A stretch of DNA of 64,000 bases from Candidatus Poribacteria bacterium (GCA_963663765.2 CAXXUA010000013.1:696396-760395); one strand, 5' to 3'. Counted from the first letter of the stretch, positions 9,074 through 20,620 are shown. Notes: generated by a model from the letters alone, not told the origin. Made by a program: numbers and translations.

Positions 9074-10336
9074 ATGGAGACAACAGTTATTCCATTTCGC
9101 GGTTTACGCTACAATACTGATAAAATCAACAATATAGCCGATGTAATTGCCCCTCCCTACGATGTTATCAAACCTGAAGAACGCATAGATTTAGAAGCAC
9201 GGCATAAAGCCAATATCATTCACCTTATATTGAACCAACCACAAGAGGATGACACTGAAAGGAACAATCAATATACCCGTGCTGCCACTCTCTTCAACCA
9301 ATGGATTTCTGATTCTACTCTCATTCAAGACCCGACTCCACACTACTATGTATATGACCAATCATTTCATGCACCAGATGGAAAAGACTATACCCGCCGC
9401 GCTTTGATTGCACTTATCAAGTTGGAACCATTTGAAAACAATGTTATCTTACCCCACGAAAAAACACACACTGGACCGAAGGTTGACCGCCTCAATCTTA
9501 TGCGCACATGTCATGCAAACCTTAGTCCGATTTTTCTTCTATATCAAGATCCAAATGGAGATATTGAGCAAATCATCCAAGGTTCTACCATTGTAAACCG
9601 CCCCTTGATAGATTGTCCAGAAACTTTTGGGAGCACACACCAATTGTGGTCTTTAGACGATGCAGAATCTAATCATGAAATTCAGAAACTTTTTTCATCA
9701 AAACCGCTTCTTATTGCTGATGGACATCATAGGTATGAAACTGCTTTGGCATTTAGAGATGAAATGTCTCGGCAAATAGGAATAGACACATTACCCGGTT
9801 ACGACTATATGATGGTAAACCTTGTGCGGATGGAATCACCCGGCTTAGCGGTCTTAGCAATTCATCGTTTACTAAGTAATCTCACTACGGATCAGATAGA
9901 ATCTGCAATAGCAGGATTACCTGAGCTATTTGAAGTACACGAAATCAACTCTCTGTCGAACCTTATGGAAAAATTGGGTGCGATGAAAGGGAATTCTCCT
10001 GCTGTTGGAATGTCCACGTCTGACAACAAATATCGTTTGTTGATTCCTCATACACAATCTGTTGGACAATTAGATGTTACGCTTGTTCAGGATACAATAA
10101 TCAATAAGTTATTTAAGGTTGAAACATTAGCAGACCATATCAGTTATACCGCTTATGCTGATGAGGCAGTCGCTCATGTGAATGCGGGTTCTGACCGTGT
10201 AGCATTGTTGATGAATCCAACACCTGTTGAGCAGGTTTTGGATGTTACAATGGCGGGTTCCGTAATGCCGCAGAAATCAACATATTTCTATCCAAAAATG
10301 GCAACGGGTTTTGTGATAAATTTGCTGAACAGATAG
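9074..10336 (+). CDS. DUF1015 family protein
   Basis: PFRGLRY, PPYDVI, PHEKT, IADGHHRYETA, MPQKSTYFYPK. Confidence 0.92.
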   Translation: METTVIPFRGLRYNTDKINNIADVIAPPYDVIKPEERIDLEARHKANIIHLILNQPQEDDTERNNQYTRAATLFNQWISDSTLIQDPTPHYYVYDQSFHAPDGKDYTRRALIALIKLEPFENNVILPHEKTHTGPKVDRLNLMRTCHANLSPIFLLYQDPNGDIEQIIQGSTIVNRPLIDCPETFGSTHQLWSLDDAESNHEIQKLFSSKPLLIADGHHRYETALAFRDEMSRQIGIDTLPGYDYMMVNLVRMESPGLAVLAIHRLLSNLTTDQIESAIAGLPELFEVHEINSLSNLMEKLGAMKGNSPAVGMSTSDNKYRLLIPHTQSVGQLDVTLVQDTIINKLFKVETLADHISYTAYADEAVAHVNAGSDRVALLMNPTPVEQVLDVTMAGSVMPQKSTYFYPKMATGFVINLLNR

Positions 10337-10429
10337 AATCTTGGTATAGTTCATTGTATAGACAACTATAAGTTAAATATGCTACAATATGGGAAATAGA
10401 TAAAATACGTTTTGTAAAAGGAGTATTAT

Positions 10430-11224
10430 GTGGCAATAGAACTGTTTTCAATCGGAACTGAGTTAGTTCTTGGACAAATACAGGACACAAACGCACACTG
10501 GATCGCACAACAGATACTCCAACTTGGTGGTGAATTACGAAGGGTGACTATGCTCCGTGATGATTTTGATGAGATGACTGAAGTTTTGGATTCAGCGATT
10601 CAACGCGAAACATCACTTATTCTCACAACAGGCGGCCTCGGACCGACTCCAGATGATATGACTGTCTCAGTAGTTGCGTCACTTATCGGTAGAAAACCTG
10701 TCGTGAGTGAAGAAACTCTCGCAGAATTTCGGAAACGGCGTGAGATGTCAGAAAACGACCCGCTTAACGATGCTTTGATTAAAATGGCAACAGTACCAGA
10801 TACGGCAGAAGTGCTTCAGAATCCTGCGGGGTGGGCACCTTGCATCAGTGTTCAACATAAACAGTCTACGATAATGATGATGCCCGGACCGCCCCGAGAA
10901 ATGAAGGCAATTTTTGAAGCACATATTCAACCACTTATCATAGAACGTTACCGTGCAGAAATTAGCACAGCACGCGTTTTTGTAAGTATGTTTGAAGCAG
11001 AAGTTTCACCGCTCATGCAAAAGGTCATGCAACGACATCCAGAAGTATATCTGAAAGCTTATGTATCATTACGTAGTGCCGAGAACAATACAATGCCCAT
11101 TGACTTAGTCTCTACAAGTAGTGAGAAAGTGGAATCTGAGAAGAATCTCCAACTCGCTACTAATTATTTTAAAGAACTTGTTCAGAATGCAGGTAAATCT
11201 TTCAGCTATGAAGATCAATCATAG
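10430..11224 (+). CDS. CinA-like molybdopterin-binding domain protein
   Basis: IGTELVLGQIQDTNA, TTGGLGPTPDD, MPGPPREM; lacks the C-terminal PncC domain. Confidence 0.85.
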   Translation: MAIELFSIGTELVLGQIQDTNAHWIAQQILQLGGELRRVTMLRDDFDEMTEVLDSAIQRETSLILTTGGLGPTPDDMTVSVVASLIGRKPVVSEETLAEFRKRREMSENDPLNDALIKMATVPDTAEVLQNPAGWAPCISVQHKQSTIMMMPGPPREMKAIFEAHIQPLIIERYRAEISTARVFVSMFEAEVSPLMQKVMQRHPEVYLKAYVSLRSAENNTMPIDLVSTSSEKVESEKNLQLATNYFKELVQNAGKSFSYEDQS

Positions 11225-11320
11225 TCTGTAGACGTATACTGTTGTCGTGCTTGGATAGTGCGACTTCATGTTGATGTTAACACATCAAGAAACTATTTTA
11301 TAGATAAGGAGAACAATATT

Positions 11321-11683
11321 TTGAATCGTAAACCTTCAGGAAATAGACGAAAATCTCAGCCAAGAACTTCAAATAAGCGAACGTCAAAACGCAACCGACA
11401 ACCAGTTATTCCTCAAGAGGAAGTTAACAGTGAAGAGGTAGATACAGACGGTATTGATAAGAAACCTTCCAAGAAAGATAAAATTGAAGTAGAAGGTGTT
11501 GTTGTTGAACCTTTGCCAAATGCGATGTTCCGTGTTGAGTTAGAAAACAAGCACAGAATTCTTGCACATATCTCTGGTAGGATGCGAAAATTCTTTATCA
11601 AAATTCTACCCGGTGATAAGGTAACCGTTGAATTGTCACCTTATGATCTGACGCGGGGTCGTATTACGTATCGGAAAAAATAA
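11321..11683 (+). CDS. infA: Translation initiation factor IF-1 with ~49-aa N-terminal extension
   Basis: [23 protein letters not shown]...[13 protein letters not shown] core; TTG 11321 follows AAGGAG. Confidence 0.9.
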   Translation: MNRKPSGNRRKSQPRTSNKRTSKRNRQPVIPQEEVNSEEVDTDGIDKKPSKKDKIEVEGVVVEPLPNAMFRVELENKHRILAHISGRMRKFFIKILPGDKVTVELSPYDLTRGRITYRKK

Positions 11684-11807
11684 ATTTGTCAATGTTGTTT
11701 TAGTCCTATAAACTTATTCAGCTTTATCAGTATACACAATAGCGTATGACTGATAAGAACAGATGTACATTCAACACATGAGGCTTCTGTATCTGTAGGA
11801 AAACGCC

Positions 11808-12632
11808 ATGAATCCTGCCACCTTAGTTTATATCAATAACCGTGATGAAAATGAGATCAACAGATTACGCAAGATAATTGAGGAAAAACGGGAACAGATT
11901 GAAGAACTTACGGTAACTGTAGATAACCTTAAGGCTGAAGTTGACCTGTTTCAACATCGGTATAATGCTCATGTAGGTCGTCATTATCTTGAACTTGAAA
12001 AGGTTGATCTTGAAACAAAGGAATATCGTCTTCGTCTACAATTAAAAAGAGAAAACCTAAGTGAAGAAGAAATAGAAGAACGCGTAGAATCCTGTTTCCG
12101 AGAAAGTCGCTCGCGAATCAATGCAGCTGAAGCAGGAGATGAGTCCGAACAAGAATCTGAATCAAATAAACTTCCTGACGAAGAAGCCAAATACTTCCAA
12201 ACGCTTTACAGAAGATTGGCAAAGCGGTTCCATCCGGATAAAGCTGAAAATTCAAAAGAGAAAAAAAGACGTAAGAAACTTATGCCACTGATCAACCGAG
12301 CATATGATGAACAGGATGTAAAAGTTCTGGAACGACTCAGCATTGGTGATTTTGAATTGACTTTGCAGTTTGAATCCTCTGCAGTAGAAAAACGAGAAAA
12401 GCTGCAATCTGAATTGCGTAATCTCTACCGTGTGTCAAGTGAATTACGTTCAGAGATAAACAGAATGAAGGCAGGACGTACCTACCAGTTAAAGCAAGAA
12501 GTAGAGAAGGCAGATAAGAACGGGCAAGACATGCTCTCCTCGCTTGCTACCGACTTGATACGTAGAGTCAAATCAGGTCGCTCACAATTAACACGTTTGG
12601 TCAATATGTGGCGTCAATCAAAGCGTACTTAG
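11808..12632 (+). CDS. Coiled-coil protein with internal J domain
   Basis: YRRLAKRFHPDK...INRAY J-domain motif between coiled coils. Confidence 0.8.
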   Translation: MNPATLVYINNRDENEINRLRKIIEEKREQIEELTVTVDNLKAEVDLFQHRYNAHVGRHYLELEKVDLETKEYRLRLQLKRENLSEEEIEERVESCFRESRSRINAAEAGDESEQESESNKLPDEEAKYFQTLYRRLAKRFHPDKAENSKEKKRRKKLMPLINRAYDEQDVKVLERLSIGDFELTLQFESSAVEKREKLQSELRNLYRVSSELRSEINRMKAGRTYQLKQEVEKADKNGQDMLSSLATDLIRRVKSGRSQLTRLVNMWRQSKRT

Positions 12633-12677
12633 AACATTTACCTATTACAATCAACATGAAATACGAAGGAATTAACC

Positions 12678-13412
12678 ATGCAACTGACTAACAAGGTAGC
12701 CATAGTCACAGGTGCTGGTCGTGGTATCGGTAGAGCGATTGCAATTGCGTATGCTGCAGAAGGTGCAAATGTTGTGATTACATCACGCAACCGTAATCAA
12801 CTTGATGAGGTGGCAGAAGTCATTACATCAAATGCTGGAAATGTTCTCAATGTACCTACTGATTTGCGAAACCGAAATGAAGTGGAAAGCCTTATCCAAA
12901 AGACTGTGGCAAACTACCGACAAATAGACATTCTTGTCAACAATGCTGGTATCAATCCAAGAGGATTGTTCTTAGACACAACTAACGAGGACTGGGATGA
13001 TGTATGGCAGATTAACGTCATGGCTGTTGTCCACTGTTGCCGTGCGGTGTTACCCATAATGCAGAAACAGGGATCGGGGAATATCATCAACATCGGTTCA
13101 GGATTAGGACAGGTTGGACATGCAAATCTTAGCGCATATAGTGCATCAAAGGCTGCATTGCACGGTTTAACACAAGCCATCGCTGAGGAGGTGTGGCAGG
13201 ACGGTATCATCGCCAATGTGCTCATACCAGGTCCTGTAAAAACACAACTCTCAAAACCCGCATGGGAGAGTAAGGATACCTTTAGAGGAGATAGCGATCC
13301 TTGGAAAGAACCGGAGCTGGTTGTTCCGTCTGCACTATTCCTTGCAACTCAACCCACCGACAGCGGCATGACAGGTCAAATCCTGAGTATCATGCGCAGG
13401 AATAGTCCTTAA
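12678..13412 (+). CDS. SDR family oxidoreductase
   Basis: TGAGRGIG, NNAG, YSASK. Confidence 0.92.
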   Translation: MQLTNKVAIVTGAGRGIGRAIAIAYAAEGANVVITSRNRNQLDEVAEVITSNAGNVLNVPTDLRNRNEVESLIQKTVANYRQIDILVNNAGINPRGLFLDTTNEDWDDVWQINVMAVVHCCRAVLPIMQKQGSGNIINIGSGLGQVGHANLSAYSASKAALHGLTQAIAEEVWQDGIIANVLIPGPVKTQLSKPAWESKDTFRGDSDPWKEPELVVPSALFLATQPTDSGMTGQILSIMRRNSP

Positions 13413-13427
13413 GTTATAGGATTGTCC

Positions 13428-14480
13428 CTATAGCGGAAACTCAACCCGTTTTCCTTCTTGTGCTGAGCGATACGCCCCTAACACCATCTCTACCGAAACT
13501 CTACCGTCTTCCACCGTCACATCTGATTCGGTATCATTCTTCAAACAATCAATAAACGGACGTGGAACAGCTGCTATACGTTCTCCGTGGTTGTTTGGAA
13601 TTGCTATCCCAAGGTCTTTCCATATCGGTTCATCACGCGTATATAGTCTCAACGCGACTGCGTCTTCTGGACGGGGCATGTTACACGAAGGACCATCTCC
13701 ATAGTTCTGAATGACCACGCCTTTATCGCCATATATTTCAGTGGTATTTTCACCTACAAGAGTCACAGAGTTATTTATCAGAATAGCCATCGTTCCACCC
13801 TCAAATCGATAGAGTGCTACACCGCTGTCATCTGGAGCAACGTCTGTGAGTACATTATCTATCTCTGCCATAACGGTGGTCGGTTTTCCGAGCATCCAAT
13901 GGATAAAATCGGTTGCATGGGAGGCATCGTCCATAAACATGCCCATGTTCTTTACTGGGTCAATATGCCACTTACTCGGTCCTGTGACAAATGCTTCGTT
14001 AAAGAGAACGTTGATGCAGTGCCTGCGGCGCAACAGTCCGATCTTGCCTAACTTTCCACTTTCAATAAGTTGCTTCATTGCGATATTCGCCGGATCACGT
14101 CGCATCTGATGTGCCATCATGAATTTTACACCTGATTTTTGTACTGCCTTCGCAATTATATCGCAATCTTCCAAGGTAAGTGCCATTGGTTTCTGGCAAA
14201 GAATATGTTTGCCCTCTGACGCTGCTGCCATTACCATCTCAGCGTGTCGATTTGTTTCACATGTGACAATCACACCGTCTATTTCTGGATGTTGAACGAC
14301 ATTCTCAAGATGTGGCGTGAATTTCATTCCGTATTGTGTAGCGGCGTTGTTCCCACGTTCAACGTTGTCATCCCAACAAGCTATGAGTCGGACATCGTCA
14401 AACGTTTTCATCATGTTGCAGTATGCGTTAGCATGGCCATGTGCAAAACTAATGATACCTATGCCAATTTTAGTATTCAT
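13428..14480 (-). CDS. Gfo/Idh/MocA family oxidoreductase
   Basis: IGIISFAHGH, HILCQKP, DDASH. Confidence 0.9.
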   Translation of the reverse strand: MNTKIGIGIISFAHGHANAYCNMMKTFDDVRLIACWDDNVERGNNAATQYGMKFTPHLENVVQHPEIDGVIVTCETNRHAEMVMAAASEGKHILCQKPMALTLEDCDIIAKAVQKSGVKFMMAHQMRRDPANIAMKQLIESGKLGKIGLLRRRHCINVLFNEAFVTGPSKWHIDPVKNMGMFMDDASHATDFIHWMLGKPTTVMAEIDNVLTDVAPDDSGVALYRFEGGTMAILINNSVTLVGENTTEIYGDKGVVIQNYGDGPSCNMPRPEDAVALRLYTRDEPIWKDLGIAIPNNHGERIAAVPRPFIDCLKNDTESDVTVEDGRVSVEMVLGAYRSAQEGKRVEFPL

Positions 14481-14608
14481 ACCGGGTTACCCGTAGAGAT
14501 GTAATTGATTGATCGTTATCAATCATTGATTGAGTCGTATAGGAGAGTTTTGTGTTGTAGGACATATATATTGAAGTTTCATATCCTACAACACTATTGA
14601 TGAATTAA

Positions 14609-16402
14609 CTACTTGCTTTTCTGTAAGCGGGATTCTAATGCGTCTAATTCTTCAGACAACGCTGCAGGAAGTCTTTCTTCAAAACGTTCATAATGTTCAC
14701 GTATTGACTGAATTTCGTTCAACCATTCATCAATGTCTACGTTCAGAAGTTCGTCCATTTGTTGTTCGGTTACATCAAGTCCGGTAGTATCAATTGCGTC
14801 TTTTGCAGGTAGGTAACCGATAGGTGATTCAACTGCTTCGCCATTTCCGTTTATTCGGTCAACAATCCACTTTAGCACACGACTGTTCTCACCAAATCCT
14901 GGCCACAACCATCCGCCATCTGCATCCTTCCGGAACCAGTTGACATAGAAAATACGAGGAAGTTTATCTGCATTAGATTTCTGTCCCATTTCTAACCAAT
15001 GTGCGAAGTAGTCGCCCATGTTATATCCGCAGAAGGGGAGCATCGCCATGGGGTCACGTCTGAGTTCACCGACGGTGCCTGCGGCAGCTGCTGTGCGTTC
15101 AGATGAAGCGATTGATCCGATGAATGTGCCGTGTTGCCAGTTAAATGCTTCAAAAACGAGTGGTACTGTAGAGGCACGACGTCCACCGAAAAGAATTGCT
15201 GAAATTGGTACACCGTTGGGGTTTTCCCAATTAGGATCAATTATGGGACACTGCGCTGCGGGGGTTGTATAACGTGAGTTGGGATGTGCTGCAGTCTTTT
15301 CATCGCCTGGGTGCCATTCTTCACCGAGCCAACTTATAGCAGTTGCTGGAGGTTCTTCAGTCATCTCCTCCCACCAGACATCGTTGTCAGGGGTGAGAGC
15401 TGCGTTGGTAAAGATAGAGTTGGATGCGAGTGTGTGCATCGCATTCGGGTTAGTGTCCATAGATGTTCCGGGACCAACGCCGAAAAATCCTGCTTCGGGG
15501 TTAATTGCGTAGAGTCGTCCGTCTTCACCGAACTTCATCCAAGCGATGTCATCGCCAATAGTCTCAGCTTTCCAACCTGGGATTGTCGGTGTGAGCATGG
15601 CAAGGTTCGTTTTACCACAAGCACTTGGAAATGCTGCTGCAATGTATGTTTTCTTACCCTCTGGATTTGTTAATCCCAGAATAAGCATGTGTTCTGCCAT
15701 CCATCCATCATTCTTCGCCATAATAGAGGCGATGCGGAGTGCATAGCATTTTTTACCGAGTAGTGCATTCCCGCCATATCCACTCCCATAAGACCAAATG
15801 GAACGTTCTTCAGGAAAGTGAACGATATATTTATTGTCAGGGTTACAGGGCCAGGGCACATCATCTTGTCCCGCTTCAATCGGCATTCCGACAGAGTGCA
15901 AACAGGGAACAAAATCGCCATCTTCACCTAAAACGTCTAACACCTCTTTACCCATGCGTGTCATAATCCGCATATTCACAACGACATAGGGTGAATCACT
16001 AATTTCTACACCGATATGAGAAATCGGTGAACCGAGGGGGCCCATACTGAAAGGTACGACATACATTGTGCGTCCTTTCATACATCCTTTAAAAAGACCT
16101 TTTAGGGTCTTTTTCATCTCATCGGGTTCATGCCAATTGTTTGTAGGTCCTGCTTCAGCTGGGGTTTTGGCGCAGATATAGGTTCTTCCTTCAACGCGAG
16201 CTACGTCTGCTGGATTGGAACGAGCAAGGTAGCTGCCGGGACGTTTGTCTGGGTTTAACCGAACAAATGTTCCATTTTGTACCAACTGTTCACACAATCT
16301 GTCGTTCTCTTCCTGCGACCCATCGCACCAATAAATATCGTCAGGTTGGCATAGTTCCGCTGCTTCCTTAACCCAACTGAGCAATTTACTATTGTTTGTC
16401 AT
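14609..16402 (-). CDS. pckG: Phosphoenolpyruvate carboxykinase (GTP)
   Basis: [39 protein letters not shown]. Confidence 0.97.
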   Translation of the reverse strand: MTNNSKLLSWVKEAAELCQPDDIYWCDGSQEENDRLCEQLVQNGTFVRLNPDKRPGSYLARSNPADVARVEGRTYICAKTPAEAGPTNNWHEPDEMKKTLKGLFKGCMKGRTMYVVPFSMGPLGSPISHIGVEISDSPYVVVNMRIMTRMGKEVLDVLGEDGDFVPCLHSVGMPIEAGQDDVPWPCNPDNKYIVHFPEERSIWSYGSGYGGNALLGKKCYALRIASIMAKNDGWMAEHMLILGLTNPEGKKTYIAAAFPSACGKTNLAMLTPTIPGWKAETIGDDIAWMKFGEDGRLYAINPEAGFFGVGPGTSMDTNPNAMHTLASNSIFTNAALTPDNDVWWEEMTEEPPATAISWLGEEWHPGDEKTAAHPNSRYTTPAAQCPIIDPNWENPNGVPISAILFGGRRASTVPLVFEAFNWQHGTFIGSIASSERTAAAAGTVGELRRDPMAMLPFCGYNMGDYFAHWLEMGQKSNADKLPRIFYVNWFRKDADGGWLWPGFGENSRVLKWIVDRINGNGEAVESPIGYLPAKDAIDTTGLDVTEQQMDELLNVDIDEWLNEIQSIREHYERFEERLPAALSEELDALESRLQKSK

Positions 16403-16574
16403 CCAAGTCCTCCATTGTATTATGTCAATCTATATTATCATGAAATCGGGAATGTGGCAATCAATTAGAGATTTGGTCACGGATATTCGTTACTATTACA
16501 ATCTCATTATATTTCTAATTTACAAGACGTTTGAATATCAATAAAGTTGAAATATTAGTAGCGAATTATCAATA

Positions 16575-18443
16575 TCAGAAGGATGCGCCTAACTTTACAT
16601 GCACCTTACCGCGAAGTGCCGAATCTCCAGCCGCGAGTCCGTAATCCAGTTGAATAATCCCATTTTTTGATTCAAGTCTTGCACCGAACCCGTAACCGAT
16701 ACGCAGTTTGTCAAACACAGACGGTCTATCAATGAAGGTAACCGTGCCTAAATCAAGGAAGGTGAAAATCTGTGAGTTCTGACCTGTCAAGAATCTATAT
16801 TCAATATTTGAATGTACTCTGCGTGGTCCTGAGAACCAATCTTCGTCATATCCCCTTAAAGTAGTTGCCCCTCCCAAATAAAACAGTTCTGTCGGTGGTA
16901 TGTTGACACCCCATGCTGCTGCGGCATGCAATTCGACAGCAATAATCTGATTTTCCCATGTCTGGAAGTATTGTTGCATGTCAACCCATATTTTTCGTAG
17001 TCTAAAAACACTGCTTGAGAGTTCAACTGCGATACTATCGTGTCTGCCGCGTGTCGGATTAAGAAAATAATCTCGCGAATCACGTGTTAACCGAAAGGTG
17101 ATGCTATACTTTGAGCCTTCATCAAAGGATATAGGGGTCGTATTTGAGCTGGCATTTGTAGTAGGTGAGAAGGTGTCAATTGTGGAGGCGACAGGTAAAG
17201 GTGCAGTTGTGTTTGCATACCGAATCTGTTTATAGCCAAGTGTGATTTCGCTTTCATAGAAACTCCCAAATTTCGTGTTACCACTGAGACTTGCTGCGCG
17301 TTCTTCAGATTCTACATCGTTAAAGGGATTGCGTTGTTTGAGTTGACTATAGGTTATCCCCATATTGATGGGTTTCCCAAATATCCAAGGTTCTTTGTAT
17401 CCGACTTGAAGTGCAGTTAGCAACCCAGATTTCCAGTAGAAATTGACATCACGACCAGTACCTAATAGATTTGTTTCACGCATTTCGACCACACCTGTGA
17501 GTTGCGGCACGGAGTCTAATCCTTCTACAGGTGGAGCATATCCAAGGACTCCGACTAAACGTCCTGTCCGTGCTTCAGTTACTTTTGCATGAAAAATGAT
17601 TGTGTCTTCAGTTAAACCTTCCTCTAAGAGGTTTGGTTGAATGGAATGAAACAATCCTATATTACGCAATCGGTGATAGCTTTGATCAATCTTTCGCTGG
17701 TCAAATATCTCATAAGTCTTTATTGGTATTTCTCGTATCACAACATGGTTCTTTGTTTTCTTTAATCCGCTTACCTTGATATGACTCAGCCTGACCTTCA
17801 CACCTTCCTGAATCAGTAGACTGATATCCATATTTCCAGTCAAAGGTGATAGGTTTGAGATTGTGGGTCTGATTTCTACTCTGGGATGTCCATGTTCGCT
17901 GTATAGTTGTTGAATTCTTTCAATGCCTTGCTCAAGAGCGGTGAGTGCATAGAATCGTCCTTTTCGTAGACCGAGCTGCCTCCGTAATTCATCTTGAGAA
18001 AAAAGTCTATTGCCGATAAATGTGAAATTACCATTCCGCAGACGTCTTCCTTCTCTGACTTTGACAGATAACTGAATGCTTTGTGATGTCGTGGGGGTTG
18101 CGGTGGGAGTTATCTGTGCAAAGACAAATCCGTTTTGACGATATGTGTTGATGATACGGTCAAATCCCGCTACGATTTCGTTACGTGAATATGCTTTTTT
18201 TGTTTGCCATCGAAATAGATTTCTCAATTTTCGTTGGTTGAAATGTTTGTTTCCTTCAAAGTTGAGTTGCGGAATGTAGTAGAGGGGTAGTGTGTTGAGG
18301 TTCTCTGTTATGTTGTTTGGTGCTGTTTTTTCTGAAGTGGTATTTTGACCTACGTTTTTATTTTGGGCAAAGGTTACTTCTGTTGTCGTTATCAGGCAGA
18401 ACAGTATTATGTTGATAGACAATAAGAGGCGTGTTACATGCAT
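16575..18443 (-). CDS. Omp85/BamA-TamA family outer membrane protein with POTRA repeats
   Basis: Signal peptide, repeated FxGN POTRA starts, ETNLLGTG, LGGATTLRGY, C-terminal Phe. Confidence 0.88.
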   Translation of the reverse strand: MHVTRLLLSINIILFCLITTTEVTFAQNKNVGQNTTSEKTAPNNITENLNTLPLYYIPQLNFEGNKHFNQRKLRNLFRWQTKKAYSRNEIVAGFDRIINTYRQNGFVFAQITPTATPTTSQSIQLSVKVREGRRLRNGNFTFIGNRLFSQDELRRQLGLRKGRFYALTALEQGIERIQQLYSEHGHPRVEIRPTISNLSPLTGNMDISLLIQEGVKVRLSHIKVSGLKKTKNHVVIREIPIKTYEIFDQRKIDQSYHRLRNIGLFHSIQPNLLEEGLTEDTIIFHAKVTEARTGRLVGVLGYAPPVEGLDSVPQLTGVVEMRETNLLGTGRDVNFYWKSGLLTALQVGYKEPWIFGKPINMGITYSQLKQRNPFNDVESEERAASLSGNTKFGSFYESEITLGYKQIRYANTTAPLPVASTIDTFSPTTNASSNTTPISFDEGSKYSITFRLTRDSRDYFLNPTRGRHDSIAVELSSSVFRLRKIWVDMQQYFQTWENQIIAVELHAAAAWGVNIPPTELFYLGGATTLRGYDEDWFSGPRRVHSNIEYRFLTGQNSQIFTFLDLGTVTFIDRPSVFDKLRIGYGFGARLESKNGIIQLDYGLAAGDSALRGKVHVKLGASF

Positions 18444-18624
18444 GTGATGGAAACCTATGGGTTAAATGGTAGGAATATTTTACCATGTGCGTCGCGATAA
18501 ATGCAAATGCGTCTTGTGAACATCAGAGAATTTTTTATTTGGTTTTAATCATAAGTTTACAGTATAATGTGATATGCTGTTGAAATATTGAAGATAAGCA
18601 TTTCACACAATTAAAGATAATGCA

Positions 18625-19020
18625 ATGTGGAGTACAATGATATTGCCCATTCTTACATCCCTTATCGCAACAGGTTTGGGAATCTTCATGGTCTGGATCT
18701 TTATTCGCAAAAGACAATCTGACGAAAGAACTAATCAAATCGCCCATATTTTGAATGAAATTAGCGATATTAGAAATAAGGTAGTTATCTTTTCGGAACG
18801 GTTAGAACTTGATACTGCCAAAAATGAAAAATTCAGGGAAGACATCAATAACATAAACGGAAAAATTCAAAGCATAAATGGGGAGATGCAAAACATAAAT
18901 GGGCAGGTTACTGAAAATAGAAACATGATTTACAAAATGATCAGTGTTGTTGAAAATCTCCAAAGTATAGTAGGTGGCAGTCAAAACAAAATACGAGATG
19001 ATACTCAGATCAAATCGTAA
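18625..19020 (+). CDS. Hypothetical membrane-anchored coiled-coil protein
   Basis: N-terminal TM helix; three 21-bp heptad repeats at 18850-18912 (NINGKIQ/SINGEMQ/NINGQVT). Confidence 0.6.
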   Translation: MWSTMILPILTSLIATGLGIFMVWIFIRKRQSDERTNQIAHILNEISDIRNKVVIFSERLELDTAKNEKFREDINNINGKIQSINGEMQNINGQVTENRNMIYKMISVVENLQSIVGGSQNKIRDDTQIKS

Positions 19021-19045
19021 TGTAAATCTTTGATGTCTGGCGGAA

Positions 19046-19138
19046 TCAGAATAAGGTGGGAGACGATGTTGTCCCTGGCGAACTAACAATATTTTTAGCG
19101 TCTTCTGCCAAAAAATTGAAGTAATCTTCAATTTGCAT
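19046..19138 (-). pseudogene. DUF433 antitoxin 5' remnant
   Basis: GGAGG + MQIEDYFNFLAED then unrelated sequence; 36/40 bp match to 32841-32880. Confidence 0.7.
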
Positions 19139-19161
19139 GGTATACCTCCCTTCCTACTATA

Positions 19162-19718
19162 CAGATGCATTCAATTGTCGGCTTTTGCGGATTTGGGTGC
19201 GGCATCGCGAAAATCGCGGATTTCACGGAATACACGGAAAAGATACCCACAATAAAACGCATTGGTAAGGAAAATGGTTATTCTTAGCAACAAATCATGA
19301 TGTAGGTGCCTTTTCCGCGTCTTCTGTGTTTTCCGCGAATTTCGCGATGCCGCAAGAGTACATTTTGACAATTGAATGCCCCTGGTTGGCGGGGTTTCTA
19401 ACCCCAGTGGTTTGAGCCAAAACTTGCAAATCGGGGTTAGCCCCCCCAACAATAGAGAAATGGGATTGGGTAACCGCTAAATTGACGCATAGGGTGTGGG
19501 TTATATTATACCTAAATAGTGGTATGGGTTTGTTGTGTTTTCTGCTTTGAGAACAATAGAAATCATGTCCAATCTATTGGGATTCTATTGTTGAAATGTC
19601 TTCTAACAAAGTATCTTTGTTGGCGGGGATTCTAACCCCGATATTAGAGTGCCACGGCATAAAATCGGGGTTGGAAACCCATTCAACAATAGCGAAATTC
19701 GACAATTGAATACCTCTG
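19162..19718. mobile_element. Composite MITE with CAG..ATTCAATTGTC TIRs and 6-bp TSD
   Basis: ACTATA at 19156-19161 and 19719-19724; CAGATGCATTCAATTGTC / GACAATTGAATACCTCTG; internal extra TIR near 19367-19384, long inverted repeat 19200-19352 and GGGGTTTCTAACCCC hairpins. Confidence 0.75.
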
Positions 19719-19822
19719 ACTATAGTATTTTTAGCAGTTGCTTTTTTCTGACGGTTTCTGATACAATATCAGGTGTGTAGATCTGAAAACTCTGGCGTAA
19801 CTTGATTCTGGGGAGAAAATTC

Positions 19823-20146
19823 ATGGAACAAATGAAGACTGCAGATATTCATGACAAGGTCTTTGAGGAAACCTATACCGCCCACATCCAAAGAAACGGT
19901 GCGAACTGGCTTGGTCGGATACCAGACGTTCCAAAAGTCAAATGTGAAGCACCTACAGAAGCCATACTTCTGAAAACCCTTGAAAAAAAACTTCATGAGG
20001 CACTCATCGCCGAAGAAGAAGCGTGGGAGAAGCAATTTGAGGAAGACGTGAAAGCCGGACGGCTGGAACACCTTGCCGAGAAAGCTATTAAAAATTATAG
20101 AGAAGGCAAATACCGAAGCGTAGACGAACTACAGAAGTTATTGTAG
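19823..20146 (+). CDS. Putative antitoxin (HicB-like N-terminus plus WEKQFEEDVKAGRLE tail)
   Basis: YTAHI...WLGRIPDVP HicB-like segment; directly upstream of a RelE/ParE-like gene. Confidence 0.7.
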   Translation: MEQMKTADIHDKVFEETYTAHIQRNGANWLGRIPDVPKVKCEAPTEAILLKTLEKKLHEALIAEEEAWEKQFEEDVKAGRLEHLAEKAIKNYREGKYRSVDELQKLL

Positions 20147-20147
20147 T

Positions 20148-20399
20148 ATGGAACATATTCTTGATGACGATTTTTGGGATGCCTACGCAGAACTTCCGCT
20201 GAATGTCCAAAGACGCATCCCTCAGAAATTTCAACTCCTTCGGCAAAATCCCAGACATCCTTCTCTCCGTTTTAAAAAGGTTGGAGCCCTTTGGGCAATC
20301 CGGGTGAGTAGAGGCTACAGGGCCTTGGCCCGTGAAGAAGAAGGGAATTTCATCTGGTTTTGGGTTGGAACACATGCCGAATACGAGAGACGGATTTGA
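20148..20399 (+). CDS. RelE/ParE-like toxin
   Basis: FW..Y..LP, NPRHPSLRFKK, YRAL, WFWVGTHAEY. Confidence 0.85.
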   Translation: MEHILDDDFWDAYAELPLNVQRRIPQKFQLLRQNPRHPSLRFKKVGALWAIRVSRGYRALAREEEGNFIWFWVGTHAEYERRI

Positions 20400-20426
20400 T
20401 AACATGCATAATCCAAGAATGTCAAA

Positions 20427-20620
20427 CTAAGGTCTTGCTGCTTTCTGCTCGACTCCCCCAAATTTCTTTGCTCCAAGGAAAACACCGAATTCCAAAGGCA
20501 TATTGAAGCGCGGAACACCCGAATTCTCGTCTAATTCCGTTCTAGAGATGTCATGAATACCATAACGACAATCCGCAATGGTGGTGTAAATCTTATCAAT
20601 GTGGACCTGACTTGCATCTA
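20427..20620 (-). pseudogene. Internal fragment of a nucleoside 2-deoxyribosyltransferase/TIR-like protein
   Basis: IDKI...CRYGIHDISRTELD...PRFNMPLEFG.FLG motif with both ends missing. Confidence 0.55.
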
